From: Porphyridium purpureum | Taxonomy: Eukaryota | Reading direction: 5' to 3' | Assembly (NCBI GenBank): GCA_008690995.1 | Contig: VRMN01000003.1 | Location: 1,302,001 to 1,366,000 of the forward strand | DNA length: 64,000 nucleotides | In this document: positions 41,379 through 51,530 of the stretch, one piece after another | Layout: every line of letters begins with the position of its first letter | Position numbering within the stretch: the first letter of the stretch is position 1 | Notes under the pieces: model-generated | The model's database searches: none | Seen by the model: the letters and a program-made list of their open reading frames with translations, nothing else | Told to the model about the DNA's origin: nothing | Made by a program: the position numbers and the translations under genes

Positions 41379-42533
41379 ATGCCGTTCTGGAGTCGACCGC
41401 GCTTGTCGTCGCAGCGGACCGTGCTCGGGCGCCGAAACGCAGGCGCGGCTTCCCCCGCCGTCACAAATGGACTCCCGGCTGCCGGCGCCCAGACCGGCTG
41501 GGCCTCGCCCCGCGCGGGACACCGCTCGCCGGCCGCTCTCAACGGCGAGTCAAGTTATGCCAGTGCCTTTGCCCGCGGCTCAGTGCCGAGTGGGGTATCA
41601 GCTGGCCACGCGCTCGCAGCAGAAGGCGTGAGGCAGAACCAGGATTATCGTGTGGCAGACTCACATGAAAGAACTTTCACAGTGACCAGCAATACACCGG
41701 TCGTGATCGAGTCTGGGCGCAACACAATTATTCACGGAAGAACAGAAGTTCATCTGGAAGTGGTGAGACGTGAAAATGACGAGCCGTTACCAGTTGTCAC
41801 AAGGGTCCGGTTGGAGGGAGACCCATACGTTCAACAGCGCTTTGTCAGACATAGCCCAGAGGAAGACGCTTCCCCATATTTCGCAGCGTTGCCAGGGGAG
41901 CGCTCACGTCGCTGTATGTTTTTGCGCCTCAACGACGATATGCTGGTGAAAATTGTAATTGTGTATGGTGAAAGCGACAAACTCATAGCCATGGTCGCAG
42001 TTGAGTCACTCGACTCGGATTTGCGCACCTATCCGAACTTGACGAACAGCACAGTCGGTAAGAAACAGCCGTGCTCCGCGTTTAGTGGCGTTCATGCCAA
42101 GACTCTGACCGCAAAGGATCTAGAAAAGATGGCCAGCGCCAGTGGGCACGATGGCAACGACGACGCCTGTCCAATATGCTTTGAAGAATACGCGGTCGGT
42201 GTCGACGTGCTACGCATGGAGTGCCTGCATATATACCATGAGATGTGCCTGCGTGCCTGGCTGGTCGCGCACAATACGTGCCCTGTATGTCGCATGGAGC
42301 TGCCTGTCTCGCGCAATCCATACAGTCAAGAACACCTGCCGAGCTTTCAAGATACGCTCAGACAGGACTTCAGCGCAACCTTCCGCTCGGACAGTGACGT
42401 TTTGCGCTCGGCGAGAGCTCCTGGCGAGCGCTCTGGCGGGCCTTCGTTCTTTGACAGTCGGCGCACGCATAGCAACGGGACAACCCCCTTGTCAGACGCT
42501 CTTCGCCGCGCCGCTGCTTGTATAAGACTCTAA
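41379..42533 (+). CDS. RING-H2 E3 ubiquitin ligase
   Basis: CPICFEEY...CLHIYHEMCLRAWL...CPVCR. Confidence 0.88.
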   Translation: MPFWSRPRLSSQRTVLGRRNAGAASPAVTNGLPAAGAQTGWASPRAGHRSPAALNGESSYASAFARGSVPSGVSAGHALAAEGVRQNQDYRVADSHERTFTVTSNTPVVIESGRNTIIHGRTEVHLEVVRRENDEPLPVVTRVRLEGDPYVQQRFVRHSPEEDASPYFAALPGERSRRCMFLRLNDDMLVKIVIVYGESDKLIAMVAVESLDSDLRTYPNLTNSTVGKKQPCSAFSGVHAKTLTAKDLEKMASASGHDGNDDACPICFEEYAVGVDVLRMECLHIYHEMCLRAWLVAHNTCPVCRMELPVSRNPYSQEHLPSFQDTLRQDFSATFRSDSDVLRSARAPGERSGGPSFFDSRRTHSNGTTPLSDALRRAAACIRL

Positions 42534-42551
42534 ATCTAGTCAATGGTCATG

Positions 42552-43868
42552 TTACTGCCGCATGGATTCAGGAAGGATCATTTCAAATGATACATTTGAA
42601 TCTCCGTACGGGCGATCAAACGGGGCTCCAAAGACGGGCGGGTGGAACCAGTAATTAACTGCCAGGTGAAGCCCGCCTGAGCTGCTCACCTCATGCATCC
42701 ATCCAGCTGGTAAATAGAGAATCTCATTGCGTTTTGCCTGCAGTTCAGCTTGTCCCCAGTGCACTCCAGGGCTCCTCTTGAGCAATTCTTCGAAATTTTC
42801 ACGTGCGAACGAGTCGGGATGCGGACTCTCGGCCTTTTCCGGTCGCCTTGGAGAGGTCACCGAGGATTCACCGTCGCCTGAATGTTGACTCTCATCGCCA
42901 AGCCCTTGATCAAGGCTTGCAAGCTGATCCAGCGTCTCGTCCAGAGCGTCTTCAATCTTTTGGATCGCGTCTGCGTCGTTTGAGTCACAGAGGACGTCTA
43001 GCTGGCTTTGCCAGTGCTGCAATAGAAGCCGGAGCTCTGTTTTGCGATCCATTCCGTCCTGCCTCACTTGGATGTGAGACGCACTCTTGTACACGATTCT
43101 CCCGTTGGGCATGACATGCTCGACGCTGCCGTACATAAGGACCTCGAGCACCCTTTCAGGAGAGAGCAGGGCAAATGTCTTCTTGCCGTGCAACAAAATG
43201 AAAAGATTATCGTGCGCGTCATGATGCAGTCCCGAGCTTGACGGACGAGAAGACATTGGCGCGTACCCGCACCACAAGTTAATGCTCCACGGTACGAGCT
43301 TGCCTATGATTGGCGGCCGAGCTGGAAGCTTATCTTGGATCGCCAATAAGGGCGGCATGAACGGATTTCTCATCAAGCATGCTTCGTCGTCAATGTCGTC
43401 GTCGTCGTCCTCCTCCTCATCTTCATACTGCGTCGTCATGTAGATGTTGCTCCTCGTGAGCTCACTGTGAGCGTTCAGGCGGCCTTCCATGATGTCCAAA
43501 AAGTCATTCAAAGATATACGCGATGCAACCTTGCGTCCCAAACCAAATCGCTCATCCGTATCGCTTCTCTGTTCGAGTTGGAGCGTCCTTTCGTTTGCGG
43601 CAGGCGACTCTCTCAGCACCTGTAGGTTCCCGCAAGTTTTTCGAATCTGCTCGAACCACTCGCACGTCGCGTCCTGACGTGGTCGCTTGTCGCCCACCTC
43701 CGCTGCGCCATCTGCCAGCGTGTCGTCGAAGAGAATGCATGGCAAGCGCTTTGCCACAAAATTCGCGTAGAACCATTGCGGGTCGTTCTGTGCGCGATGC
43801 AGGGGCACGCGCGGGGGCTTCCAGCCAGCCTCTGTAACGCGCGTGCCTGCGTACGAACTGACGGACAT
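42552..43868 (-). CDS. JmjC/cupin-like domain protein
   Basis: NLWCG, SSGLHHDAHDNL, GKKTF, LYLPAGWMHEVSS, AVNYWFHPP. Confidence 0.9.
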   Translation of the reverse strand: MSVSSYAGTRVTEAGWKPPRVPLHRAQNDPQWFYANFVAKRLPCILFDDTLADGAAEVGDKRPRQDATCEWFEQIRKTCGNLQVLRESPAANERTLQLEQRSDTDERFGLGRKVASRISLNDFLDIMEGRLNAHSELTRSNIYMTTQYEDEEEDDDDDIDDEACLMRNPFMPPLLAIQDKLPARPPIIGKLVPWSINLWCGYAPMSSRPSSSGLHHDAHDNLFILLHGKKTFALLSPERVLEVLMYGSVEHVMPNGRIVYKSASHIQVRQDGMDRKTELRLLLQHWQSQLDVLCDSNDADAIQKIEDALDETLDQLASLDQGLGDESQHSGDGESSVTSPRRPEKAESPHPDSFARENFEELLKRSPGVHWGQAELQAKRNEILYLPAGWMHEVSSSGGLHLAVNYWFHPPVFGAPFDRPYGDSNVSFEMILPESMRQ

Positions 43869-44783
43869 CTTCGCTTCGTGTTTCCGTGGTTATTTTTTTG
43901 GATGCTCCTTCTTGGGTGCATGACGGACTCGTGGCCAGTGACGGAGCACGGAGGCTGGCTCAAGTACGACTCGGAGGCCAGCGGTTTGTGCAATCTCTCG
44001 CGCGCGCCTATTGAGGCTTTTGAAAGGATAAAAGACGAGCCGCACATCGTGGAGCTGACGCTGAAATTCAGGAATGCGGCGATCAAAGGTCTCAGCACGA
44101 GACACTCGTTGATCCGTAAGTACGGAGACTATCGAATTACGCTGGCCAGCAGTAACACGAAATCTTACCGGAAGAAGGGCAGCACTCTGAAAGAATACAT
44201 TGCAGATATGTTGAAGCAGCGGGCGGGCCAGCAAATCCAACGGCCGGCGCGACGGGCCAACGAAACGTGGTATTGGTTTGGAGACATAGACCACCAGCAA
44301 TGGGCAGATCTACTGGGCAAGTACAAGCTCCCTCGAGAACAGCTGAATACACAGAGCGCCACCCTGACGTACGGAATCGGAGGTCAGTTCAGCGGAGTAC
44401 CGCTTCACACGCATGGTGCTGTTTTCGCAGAGACGCTCTACGGGCGGAAACGCTGGTTCATCATGCATCCAGACGTGCGCCCAGATTTTGACGGGGAGAT
44501 AGACACGTCCTATTCGTGGTCTCTACGCCAGCCCGGCGAGCTGCGTAGCCGCGTCTGTGCGCCTCATCCGCTAGCCGACGTGCTGCATGACGACACGGCG
44601 GCCGCTCTGGACGTCTGCCGCGTTTCCGCGCCCGCGCCGAGCGCCTTGCCGAACGAGGAAAAGATGGCCAGGCCCGTGTATGTGTGCACATTGGCAGAGG
44701 GCGAGCTGTTGTATGTGCCGGCCATGTGGTGGCACGCCACGCTCAACCTAGACGAAACCGTCTTTGTCTCGGCGTTTGTGTAA
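43797..44783 (+). CDS. JmjC domain protein, JMJD8-like (start 43797 or 43902)
   Basis: LASSNTKSY, NETWYWFGD, SGVPLHTHG, GRKRW, GELLYVPAMWWHATLNL. Confidence 0.88.
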   Translation: MQGHARGLPASLCNARACVRTDGHLRFVFPWLFFWMLLLGCMTDSWPVTEHGGWLKYDSEASGLCNLSRAPIEAFERIKDEPHIVELTLKFRNAAIKGLSTRHSLIRKYGDYRITLASSNTKSYRKKGSTLKEYIADMLKQRAGQQIQRPARRANETWYWFGDIDHQQWADLLGKYKLPREQLNTQSATLTYGIGGQFSGVPLHTHGAVFAETLYGRKRWFIMHPDVRPDFDGEIDTSYSWSLRQPGELRSRVCAPHPLADVLHDDTAAALDVCRVSAPAPSALPNEEKMARPVYVCTLAEGELLYVPAMWWHATLNLDETVFVSAFV

Positions 44784-45035
44784 GCGCGGCACCACGAGCC
44801 GCTTCCCATGAAAACGACCCTATTTTACTATAGAATGCTGTACCTCCAGTTTCGTAGCCAGCGGCTCGGCTGGTAGCGGAAGCGCCAATGGTTGTTGTTG
44901 GTCGTGCAGGTGGGAGCTCGAACGTGCGTCTCCACTGGCTTCGAGTTGCATCGGGAGGCGGTGTGCGTGCGCGAGGAAGAGAGTGAGACCGAGAAAGAGA
45001 GAGCGAGTGTCGGCCGGGAGGAGGCGCCCAGCTAA

Positions 45036-46478
45036 ATGGCACAGGCGGAGAGTGAGACAGATGGGTTGTTGGCGGAAGGTGGAGGCGGAGGAGGGTATGA
45101 GACGATCAAGACGGCGCGGTGGTGGACACCTCGTTTCATGAGGAATGAGTCGAAGAGTACTAGGATGCGCAAGTCGGGCACACTGGATTGGCCGTCGCTG
45201 CTGGTCGTCTACTTCATCATGCTGGTGTCCGAAGCAGCTCGAGGGCTCGTGATTCCAAGTCAGTGGCCGTATTTGCGTGCGCTTCACGGCACGAAGGCAC
45301 AGCTCGGCGTCTTTGTGGCTTCCTTTTCCGCCGGCAGGATGTGTGCCACCGTGCCGCTTGGATTTCTCTCGGACAATCTTTCCATGCGCGCTGTGTTTTA
45401 TGTCTGCTCGTCGCTGCAGATTCTCGGTCACTTGATCTACTGCGCGGCGCCAAATGTGCCTGTTCTACTGTTCAGCCGCGCTGTGGTCGGCGTCGGGTCC
45501 GCCACGATGTCCGTGTGCCGGGCACATGTGGCACGCGCGACGACAAGAGAAACGCGAACCACTCATTTTGCGTACCTCTCCGCGCTCCAGTTTATTGGCT
45601 TTGCAGTGTTGCCCGGTGCGGGCGGTATACTGGCCGCACTGCCTGAATTCGGGCTCTTTGGAAATCTTTTCGTATTTAATGCTTTCACGTATCCAGGTCA
45701 CTTATTGATACTGAGCAATATCATTGGAATCGCGTTGCTGCACTGGGTATACATTGACGCTCCGGAGCAATGTAATTTGGCCGAGCGTATCGTCATCGAG
45801 GTCAAAGATGACACAAATGGCAAGGATAAAAGCCAGAAGCCGCCGCGGCCCGCATCACCAGAGGTCGAGGCGAGCGACGAGCAACCCGACTGGCTCGCTT
45901 TAGTCGCATGTTTACTGATCAACATCTGCTTTCGCGGAGTGGTCGCCGAACTGGAAACGCTCGCCTCTCCCCTCTTGATGGAGCGATACGGTACGACAGT
46001 CGAGACCACAAGCTACATCATTGGTGGGCTTGGGTTCCTTGGTTTGGGCGTGTACTTTTCATTCAAGCCCATCACAAGGACGTTTTCAGACCGCCAACTA
46101 GTCACCATTGGCGAAATCCTCATTGCGCTTGGCTCAATAATTGCGTGGCAGCGCTTTGTTCCGGTTCCGTTGTGGCTGTTTACGCTTGCGATTGGTTTGG
46201 TTTGGAGTCTCGCTTACCCCCTGGGCCAGACTGCAGTGCTTGGGCTCTTCAGCAAAATTCTCGCCGGCTTACCGGCTGGCGGGTTCCTCGGAATCTTCTC
46301 CGCCGCGGGTTCATTGGCGCGTGTCCTTTTCGCTCTCTTCTGCGCGTTTTTGTGGTCCGAAGCCGGGCCAGGTGCTGTTTTTGTTCAAATGCTTGCTGCC
46401 TCTCTCGCGACACTTGTTTTGACTCTGCTTGTCTACAAACGCCTGGTCCCATACTCGCGTCTACCCGCAGTAGTGTGA
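45036..46478 (+). CDS. Major facilitator superfamily transporter (MFSD8-like)
   Basis: About 12 hydrophobic helices in two halves; LGFLSD, SRAVVGVG and GSLARV motifs. Confidence 0.88.
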   Translation: MAQAESETDGLLAEGGGGGGYETIKTARWWTPRFMRNESKSTRMRKSGTLDWPSLLVVYFIMLVSEAARGLVIPSQWPYLRALHGTKAQLGVFVASFSAGRMCATVPLGFLSDNLSMRAVFYVCSSLQILGHLIYCAAPNVPVLLFSRAVVGVGSATMSVCRAHVARATTRETRTTHFAYLSALQFIGFAVLPGAGGILAALPEFGLFGNLFVFNAFTYPGHLLILSNIIGIALLHWVYIDAPEQCNLAERIVIEVKDDTNGKDKSQKPPRPASPEVEASDEQPDWLALVACLLINICFRGVVAELETLASPLLMERYGTTVETTSYIIGGLGFLGLGVYFSFKPITRTFSDRQLVTIGEILIALGSIIAWQRFVPVPLWLFTLAIGLVWSLAYPLGQTAVLGLFSKILAGLPAGGFLGIFSAAGSLARVLFALFCAFLWSEAGPGAVFVQMLAASLATLVLTLLVYKRLVPYSRLPAVV

Positions 46479-46485
46479 ACATGAC

Positions 46486-47109
46486 TTAAAGCAACGATGC
46501 AGATATCAGCTGCTTCACATATCTGGCCGCCTCGTCTTCTCGTCCCTCGCCTATCTTGGTGCTTTCACCGGATGACTCTTCGTTGCTGTCGTACGTGCGC
46601 ACACAGAGGGACAGCGCGACCGAGCTCTTGGTGCGTTGACTATGATAAGCTTGCTCGCCTACTTTGATTCTCGTCCGCTTCCTTCTCACAGTCGTTTCAT
46701 CAATCGAGACTTGCTCGGTTTTCCGGCGGCTCCGAGGCTTCTTGTTCGGGCTGGCCCCATGCATCGTTTGAGGTTTCGATCCGGTTTGCACATCTTCGTC
46801 CGCCCTGCTCGAAAGACCGGTGCCATTCTGCGCGGCAGTGCTGTCGACTGCATGCAGAACGTGCTGCTGTTGGTCCTCTGAACCCGCGCGGCTGCAAGCA
46901 AACTCGTTCGGCGTTTCCCTCACCGCCGGGCGTGCCGGCAGTGCGACACCTTGCTTTCCTTGAGATTGGTGTCCAGTTTCACGCGCGTCCGTCTCCGGCA
47001 CGTGTGCGCGAGCGGGCTTGGGTCGATCGGGCATTGTGATCAGCGCACCTTGGCTGATGGAGAATGTTTGCCTCGCAACCTGCCTCTGCGACCGGAGCGG
47101 CGCGGACAA
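46486..47109 (-). CDS. Possible hypothetical basic protein
   Basis: 207-aa ORF fills the gap between MFS and SF3B2; NLS-like stretches; no family recognised; non-ATG start as called. Confidence 0.3.
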   Translation of the reverse strand: MSAPLRSQRQVARQTFSISQGALITMPDRPKPARAHVPETDARETGHQSQGKQGVALPARPAVRETPNEFACSRAGSEDQQQHVLHAVDSTAAQNGTGLSSRADEDVQTGSKPQTMHGASPNKKPRSRRKTEQVSIDETTVRRKRTRIKVGEQAYHSQRTKSSVALSLCVRTYDSNEESSGESTKIGEGREDEAARYVKQLISASLL

Positions 47110-48818
47110 AGATAAACACGAGCCGGCTACATAAAAGGAGACGCGGCGGTGCGAACAAGAGCAAGAAGAAAGACAATTTCCAGGAAGTGGTTCGCGATGC
47201 CGCAGTCAAGCATCAAAGCGAGTCCGAGAGCCATGAAAATAGAGGCGAGAAAGGTAGACGCCTCAATCAGGGCGAATATCTAGATGGTCTACAAGTCTGG
47301 CAGGAGCCCGAACTCGAGCCTCACGCGTACGGGGACGAAGCGTTGTCCTTTCCTGAATTTGACGAGGTGCGAGATGTGGTGCGCAAGTTTGCGCAGCGAG
47401 TGGATACCGAATTGGAGGCCCATGACGACGATGTCGACCTGTCGGCGCAAGAAATTGACGACCAAGGAAGTGGAAAGGACGAGGGCCATGCTGAATCCGG
47501 AACGGATGATGAATATGATGAGCAGACGCCCGTCTTTCTCAATCAGGTCGATCCACCAAAACGCGCCAAGCTGGACGTGTCGCTGTCGCGCCGCGCGTTG
47601 CGGCAGCAGAGAGAGCGAGATTCCGAAAACAACCGTAAAAGTCGCCTGACCGTGTCGGAGCTCAAGCAAATGGTTAAATTCCCGGAATTGGTGGAGCCAT
47701 GGGATGCCACAGCACAGGATCCATTGATGCTGCTCCAGCTAAAAGCGGTTCCTTACTCAGTACCTGTTCCAGAGCACTGGAAGTCAAAGAAAAAGTATTT
47801 GCACGGCAAACGCGGAATCGAGAAAAAGCCGTACGAGCTGCCGTCGTACTTGCTTGATACTGGCCTGGGCGAGGTACGCGATGCAGCGAGCAAGCTTCAG
47901 GACTCCAAGAGTCTGAAGCAGAAACAGCGCGAAAAGGTTCGCCCAAAGCATCAGGTGGCGGGCTTTGTGGATCCAGAGTTATTGCGCAATGCATTTTTCA
48001 ACTTTCAGCGGGAGTCCAAACCTACGCTCAGCGTGCATGGTGATATCTACTATGAGCTCCGCGAAATGGACGTACACATGGACGCGGTGCGAGACTTTCG
48101 CCCAGGCGAGATCTCCCAGGACTTGCGTGAGGCGCTAGGGATGGGCCAAAACCCGCTGGAGCCGACGCCGTGGTTGTTTGCCATGCAGAGGCATGGTCCT
48201 CCACCAGCGTATCCGCGGCTGAAAATACCTGGCGTGAATGCTCCCGTGCCTGCTGGTGCTATGCTCGGATTCCACAACGGTGGCTGGGGCCAGCCACCGC
48301 CGGCCTTCATGATGCCGCAGATAGGACACGAAGGGAATAGGATGTTCAATCCACTCTTGCCGCCTCCTGCCGTATTGGAGCGTCTGCAGATGTCCCCAGA
48401 GCGGCAGGCATCACTCTGGGGGAGGGCAGCCCGAGATTTAAAGCTTGCGGACGAAAGGCGTCAGCTCTCAGATGCAGATCAAGGTACTCAAGGGCGTTCA
48501 AATGAGAATTCTGTTGTTCTGGTCTTTGATAAGGAAGGGACTGTTACTGCCGGAGTTCCCACAGTGGATACTACAGTCGGCACAAAACTAGTCAATCCCG
48601 AGGATTCCCGTGGGCAGTTGCAGAACAAGGACGAGCCGGTCCCTCCAGCTTTGTACCGTATTTTGCAAGAGAGGCGCACTTCCGTTGGATCAGAGCAGCT
48701 CCTGGGAAGCTCGCACGTTTATCAAATCACTCCGCCTGCAGATCATGATTCAGTGGACCGCACTGGATCAGGAAAGACTTCCCGTACGTTGCCGGAGCAA
48801 GCGCGCCAAACTCGGTGA
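47064..48818 (+). CDS. SF3B2: Splicing factor 3B subunit 2 (SAP145/Cus1)
   Basis: ELKQMVKFPELVEPWD...VPVPEHWKSKKKYLHGKRGIEK and proline-rich PWLFAMQRHGPPPAYPRLKIPGVNAP. Confidence 0.93.
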   Translation: MFASQPASATGAARTKINTSRLHKRRRGGANKSKKKDNFQEVVRDAAVKHQSESESHENRGEKGRRLNQGEYLDGLQVWQEPELEPHAYGDEALSFPEFDEVRDVVRKFAQRVDTELEAHDDDVDLSAQEIDDQGSGKDEGHAESGTDDEYDEQTPVFLNQVDPPKRAKLDVSLSRRALRQQRERDSENNRKSRLTVSELKQMVKFPELVEPWDATAQDPLMLLQLKAVPYSVPVPEHWKSKKKYLHGKRGIEKKPYELPSYLLDTGLGEVRDAASKLQDSKSLKQKQREKVRPKHQVAGFVDPELLRNAFFNFQRESKPTLSVHGDIYYELREMDVHMDAVRDFRPGEISQDLREALGMGQNPLEPTPWLFAMQRHGPPPAYPRLKIPGVNAPVPAGAMLGFHNGGWGQPPPAFMMPQIGHEGNRMFNPLLPPPAVLERLQMSPERQASLWGRAARDLKLADERRQLSDADQGTQGRSNENSVVLVFDKEGTVTAGVPTVDTTVGTKLVNPEDSRGQLQNKDEPVPPALYRILQERRTSVGSEQLLGSSHVYQITPPADHDSVDRTGSGKTSRTLPEQARQTR

Positions 48819-48971
48819 AACACAGAAACGAATATTTGTTTCGATCAAAAACGCCAAACGCGGGGGCACTTGTACCAAGCGGCTGTAGGACAGCACAGCA
48901 CGGCGCGGCATTCACTCCTAGAGAGCCATACGGGGACGCTCGATGCAATTCCCGTGCGTGTGGGGCGAGGG

Positions 48972-49268
48972 CTATCCGGACTTGAAGAGCAGCACGGCCA
49001 TATGATTCATGTAAAAGTAAATAAAATTGCCTGTCTCGTGAGTGCAGAAGCTGCCGAAACTCTTGCCGACGACGCAGTGCCAGTTTGCGCCGTGCAGCTC
49101 GTCGAACTTTTGCTTGATGTACTGCGCGACCTCCTTCTCCACCTTCTTCTGCACAAACGCCTCTCGCGCGACGCTCACAGCCTGGTCGCGCAGCGCGTCG
49201 TCCATGTCGACGGCCTTGATCTGCACATCCTGCGCCACGCCTTTTCCTTCTTCCATCCCCCCACCCAT
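48972..49268 (-). CDS. DYNLL: Dynein light chain LC8
   Basis: IKAVDM...EKEVAQYIKQKFD...WHCVVGKSFGSFCTHE...LLFKSG. Confidence 0.95.
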   Translation of the reverse strand: MGGGMEEGKGVAQDVQIKAVDMDDALRDQAVSVAREAFVQKKVEKEVAQYIKQKFDELHGANWHCVVGKSFGSFCTHETGNFIYFYMNHMAVLLFKSG

Positions 49269-49473
49269 CGCGTCTTCCCCCTGTTTCTTTTGCTCCTCGA
49301 TCACTCTCGCCAAGCTTCTCCAACTGCGCTCTTCCCCTGGCCAACCACCACTCCCACGAATCGCATCACTAGTTCGCTTGTACAATATAGTAAATTGCCG
49401 TGTTTTGTTATGAAGAATGTGATCCGCTGCGAGGAACACTCGGGGAGAGAAGACGGAGAGCGAGGGAGAGAGC

Positions 49474-51190
49474 GATGGCCAGTCGCCAGAACGTGGTGAC
49501 ACGGAATGCAGATGAGCACGTCGTGCGGACTGGAAATGTGCATGCATGCGCCGCGGTGGCCAATCTGATTCGCACGAGTTTCGGGCCGTATGGCCTGGAT
49601 AAAATGTTGTGCTGGGAAGGCAAGGAGCGCGTGGTCGTGAGCAGTGATTGCGCCGCTATTCTGGAGTGCTTGGATGTGCAGCACCCCGCCGCAAGGGTGC
49701 TCGTGCAGATGGCCCTGGCTCAGAAGCAGGAGCTAGGCGATGGGACTGCCACGGTGGTGATCCTGGCCGCGGAGTTGCTGCGCCGCGGACACGCGTTGAT
49801 CGTCGCCATCGGTGTGCATCCAGCTCTCGTGATCAATGGTTTCCGTCGGGCAATGCGTGAGGCTGTGAAGTTTCTGAAGCTCTCACTGGCAGTCACTTCT
49901 TCGCCAGACAACGCCAAGGTTCAGGAGATTGTGCTCAGCGCCGCAGCCACAGCGCTGTCCAGCAAAATTCTCGGCTCCGCTTCATCCCCTTCTTCAGGTG
50001 ACCGTCAATTTTTTGCGAAAATGGCTGTGGATGCTGTGCTGACCACTCGTGTCATCAAGCCTGATGATGAGCACGACGTGCCACTGGGGCATCGCTTCAA
50101 TCAGAAACACATTCACATCCTGAAACTGCCCGGCAAATCAATACGGGAGTCAGCACTCGTGCATGGCTACGTTCTAAATTATCCGCGCGCATCACCGAGT
50201 ATGCTGCTTCGCGCTGCTCCGGCAAAGATCGCCTTTTTGGACATCTCACTACAGCAGCGCGGTCTGCAGAATGGGGCTCGGTTCGAGTGCACCGACCCCG
50301 GCAAGCTCGGTGACGTCGCTGCGAGCGAGATTCGGATCCTTCTAAACAAGGCAGCTTCCATCATTAAGTCTGGCGCAAATGTCGTTTTGGTGACGGGCGG
50401 CATTCATGAAGCAGTGTTGAGCCAGCTAATCAAAGCTCGTGTCATGGCGTGCCGGCGCGTCGCGATCCGAGACTTGAAGCGCGCAGCGCGCGCCTGCGGG
50501 GGAGCTGTACAGTACAGCCTAGCAGACTCGGTGGGGGACGAGAATTTTGATTCGGCAGGTCTCGGTTTTGCGGAGGAAGTGGCAGTGGAAAGAATACAAG
50601 ACGCGGAGGTACTTATGGTCAAGGGCGGGCGCGTGGGAAGCTCCAGAACCGTCCTGCTGCGCGGACCGAACGCTGCGGTGCTCGATGAGATGGCGCGCGG
50701 ATTTGAAGACGCCACGAATGTGGTCCGCAACGTTCTGCAGACCGGATCATACGTTCCCGGAGCGGGAGCCACAGAAATGGCCATGTCCGTGTATTTGGAA
50801 AAGCTAGCCAGTGTCATGTTGTCGAGGGAGCAGCTTGCTGTCAACGAATTCGCCATGGCGCTCACCAAAGTGCCGAAGCAGCTCGCGGAGAATTCTGGAC
50901 TCGATGCGGCGGACCTCGTTGCGAAACTGCGCTCGTTGCATTTCGCCGCCCAGACTCACTCGAAATACGATCACTGCAAACACTTTGGTCTCAGTTTGGA
51001 ACGCGGCAAGGTTGCGGACAGCATACAACGCGGGATTCTGGAACCCACGGCCTGCAAAGTGCGCGCCATGCAGTACGCAACTGAAGCGGCAGTGACGATT
51101 TTGCGCGTCGACACGATCTGGAGAATACCCCGCAGCAATGTTGAGCAAAGATCAAGAGAGGACCATGATAATGACGAAGGCACAGGTTGA
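49474..51190 (+). CDS. CCT1: Group II chaperonin subunit, divergent CCT-alpha/TCP-1-like
   Basis: SFGPYGLDKML, VQHPAARVLV, GDGTATVV, LRGPN...LDEM, SREQLAV and ILRVD; closest recalled subunit is alpha. Confidence 0.8.
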
Positions 51191-51530
51191 TGTCTGACTT
51201 GTGTCCGTTCTGTAGGGTCAGTCACCACCACTTTGGGTGATGTAAAAAGAATGCGGATAATGTGTGTGCAGCATATCGGTTCGTTGCCATGAAGAAGCGG
51301 AAACCGAGTGTCGGGGTACCCGCGGTAAAAAGAGCTCTTGGATGGGCATATAAGAAGGACATGTCGCATGGGTAGACCACGCCGGAGGCAGTAAGATCCT
51401 TCGAAGTCTGCCATTGCCCGGAGGGAGTGTTTCAACACTGGTCGAGTAGGTCGAACACGAAGCAGAAAACAGGAGACTTTGGCTCGGACTCGCGTTCGGC
51501 TTTGAAAGACGTCGAGTACTTGGCCCCAAG

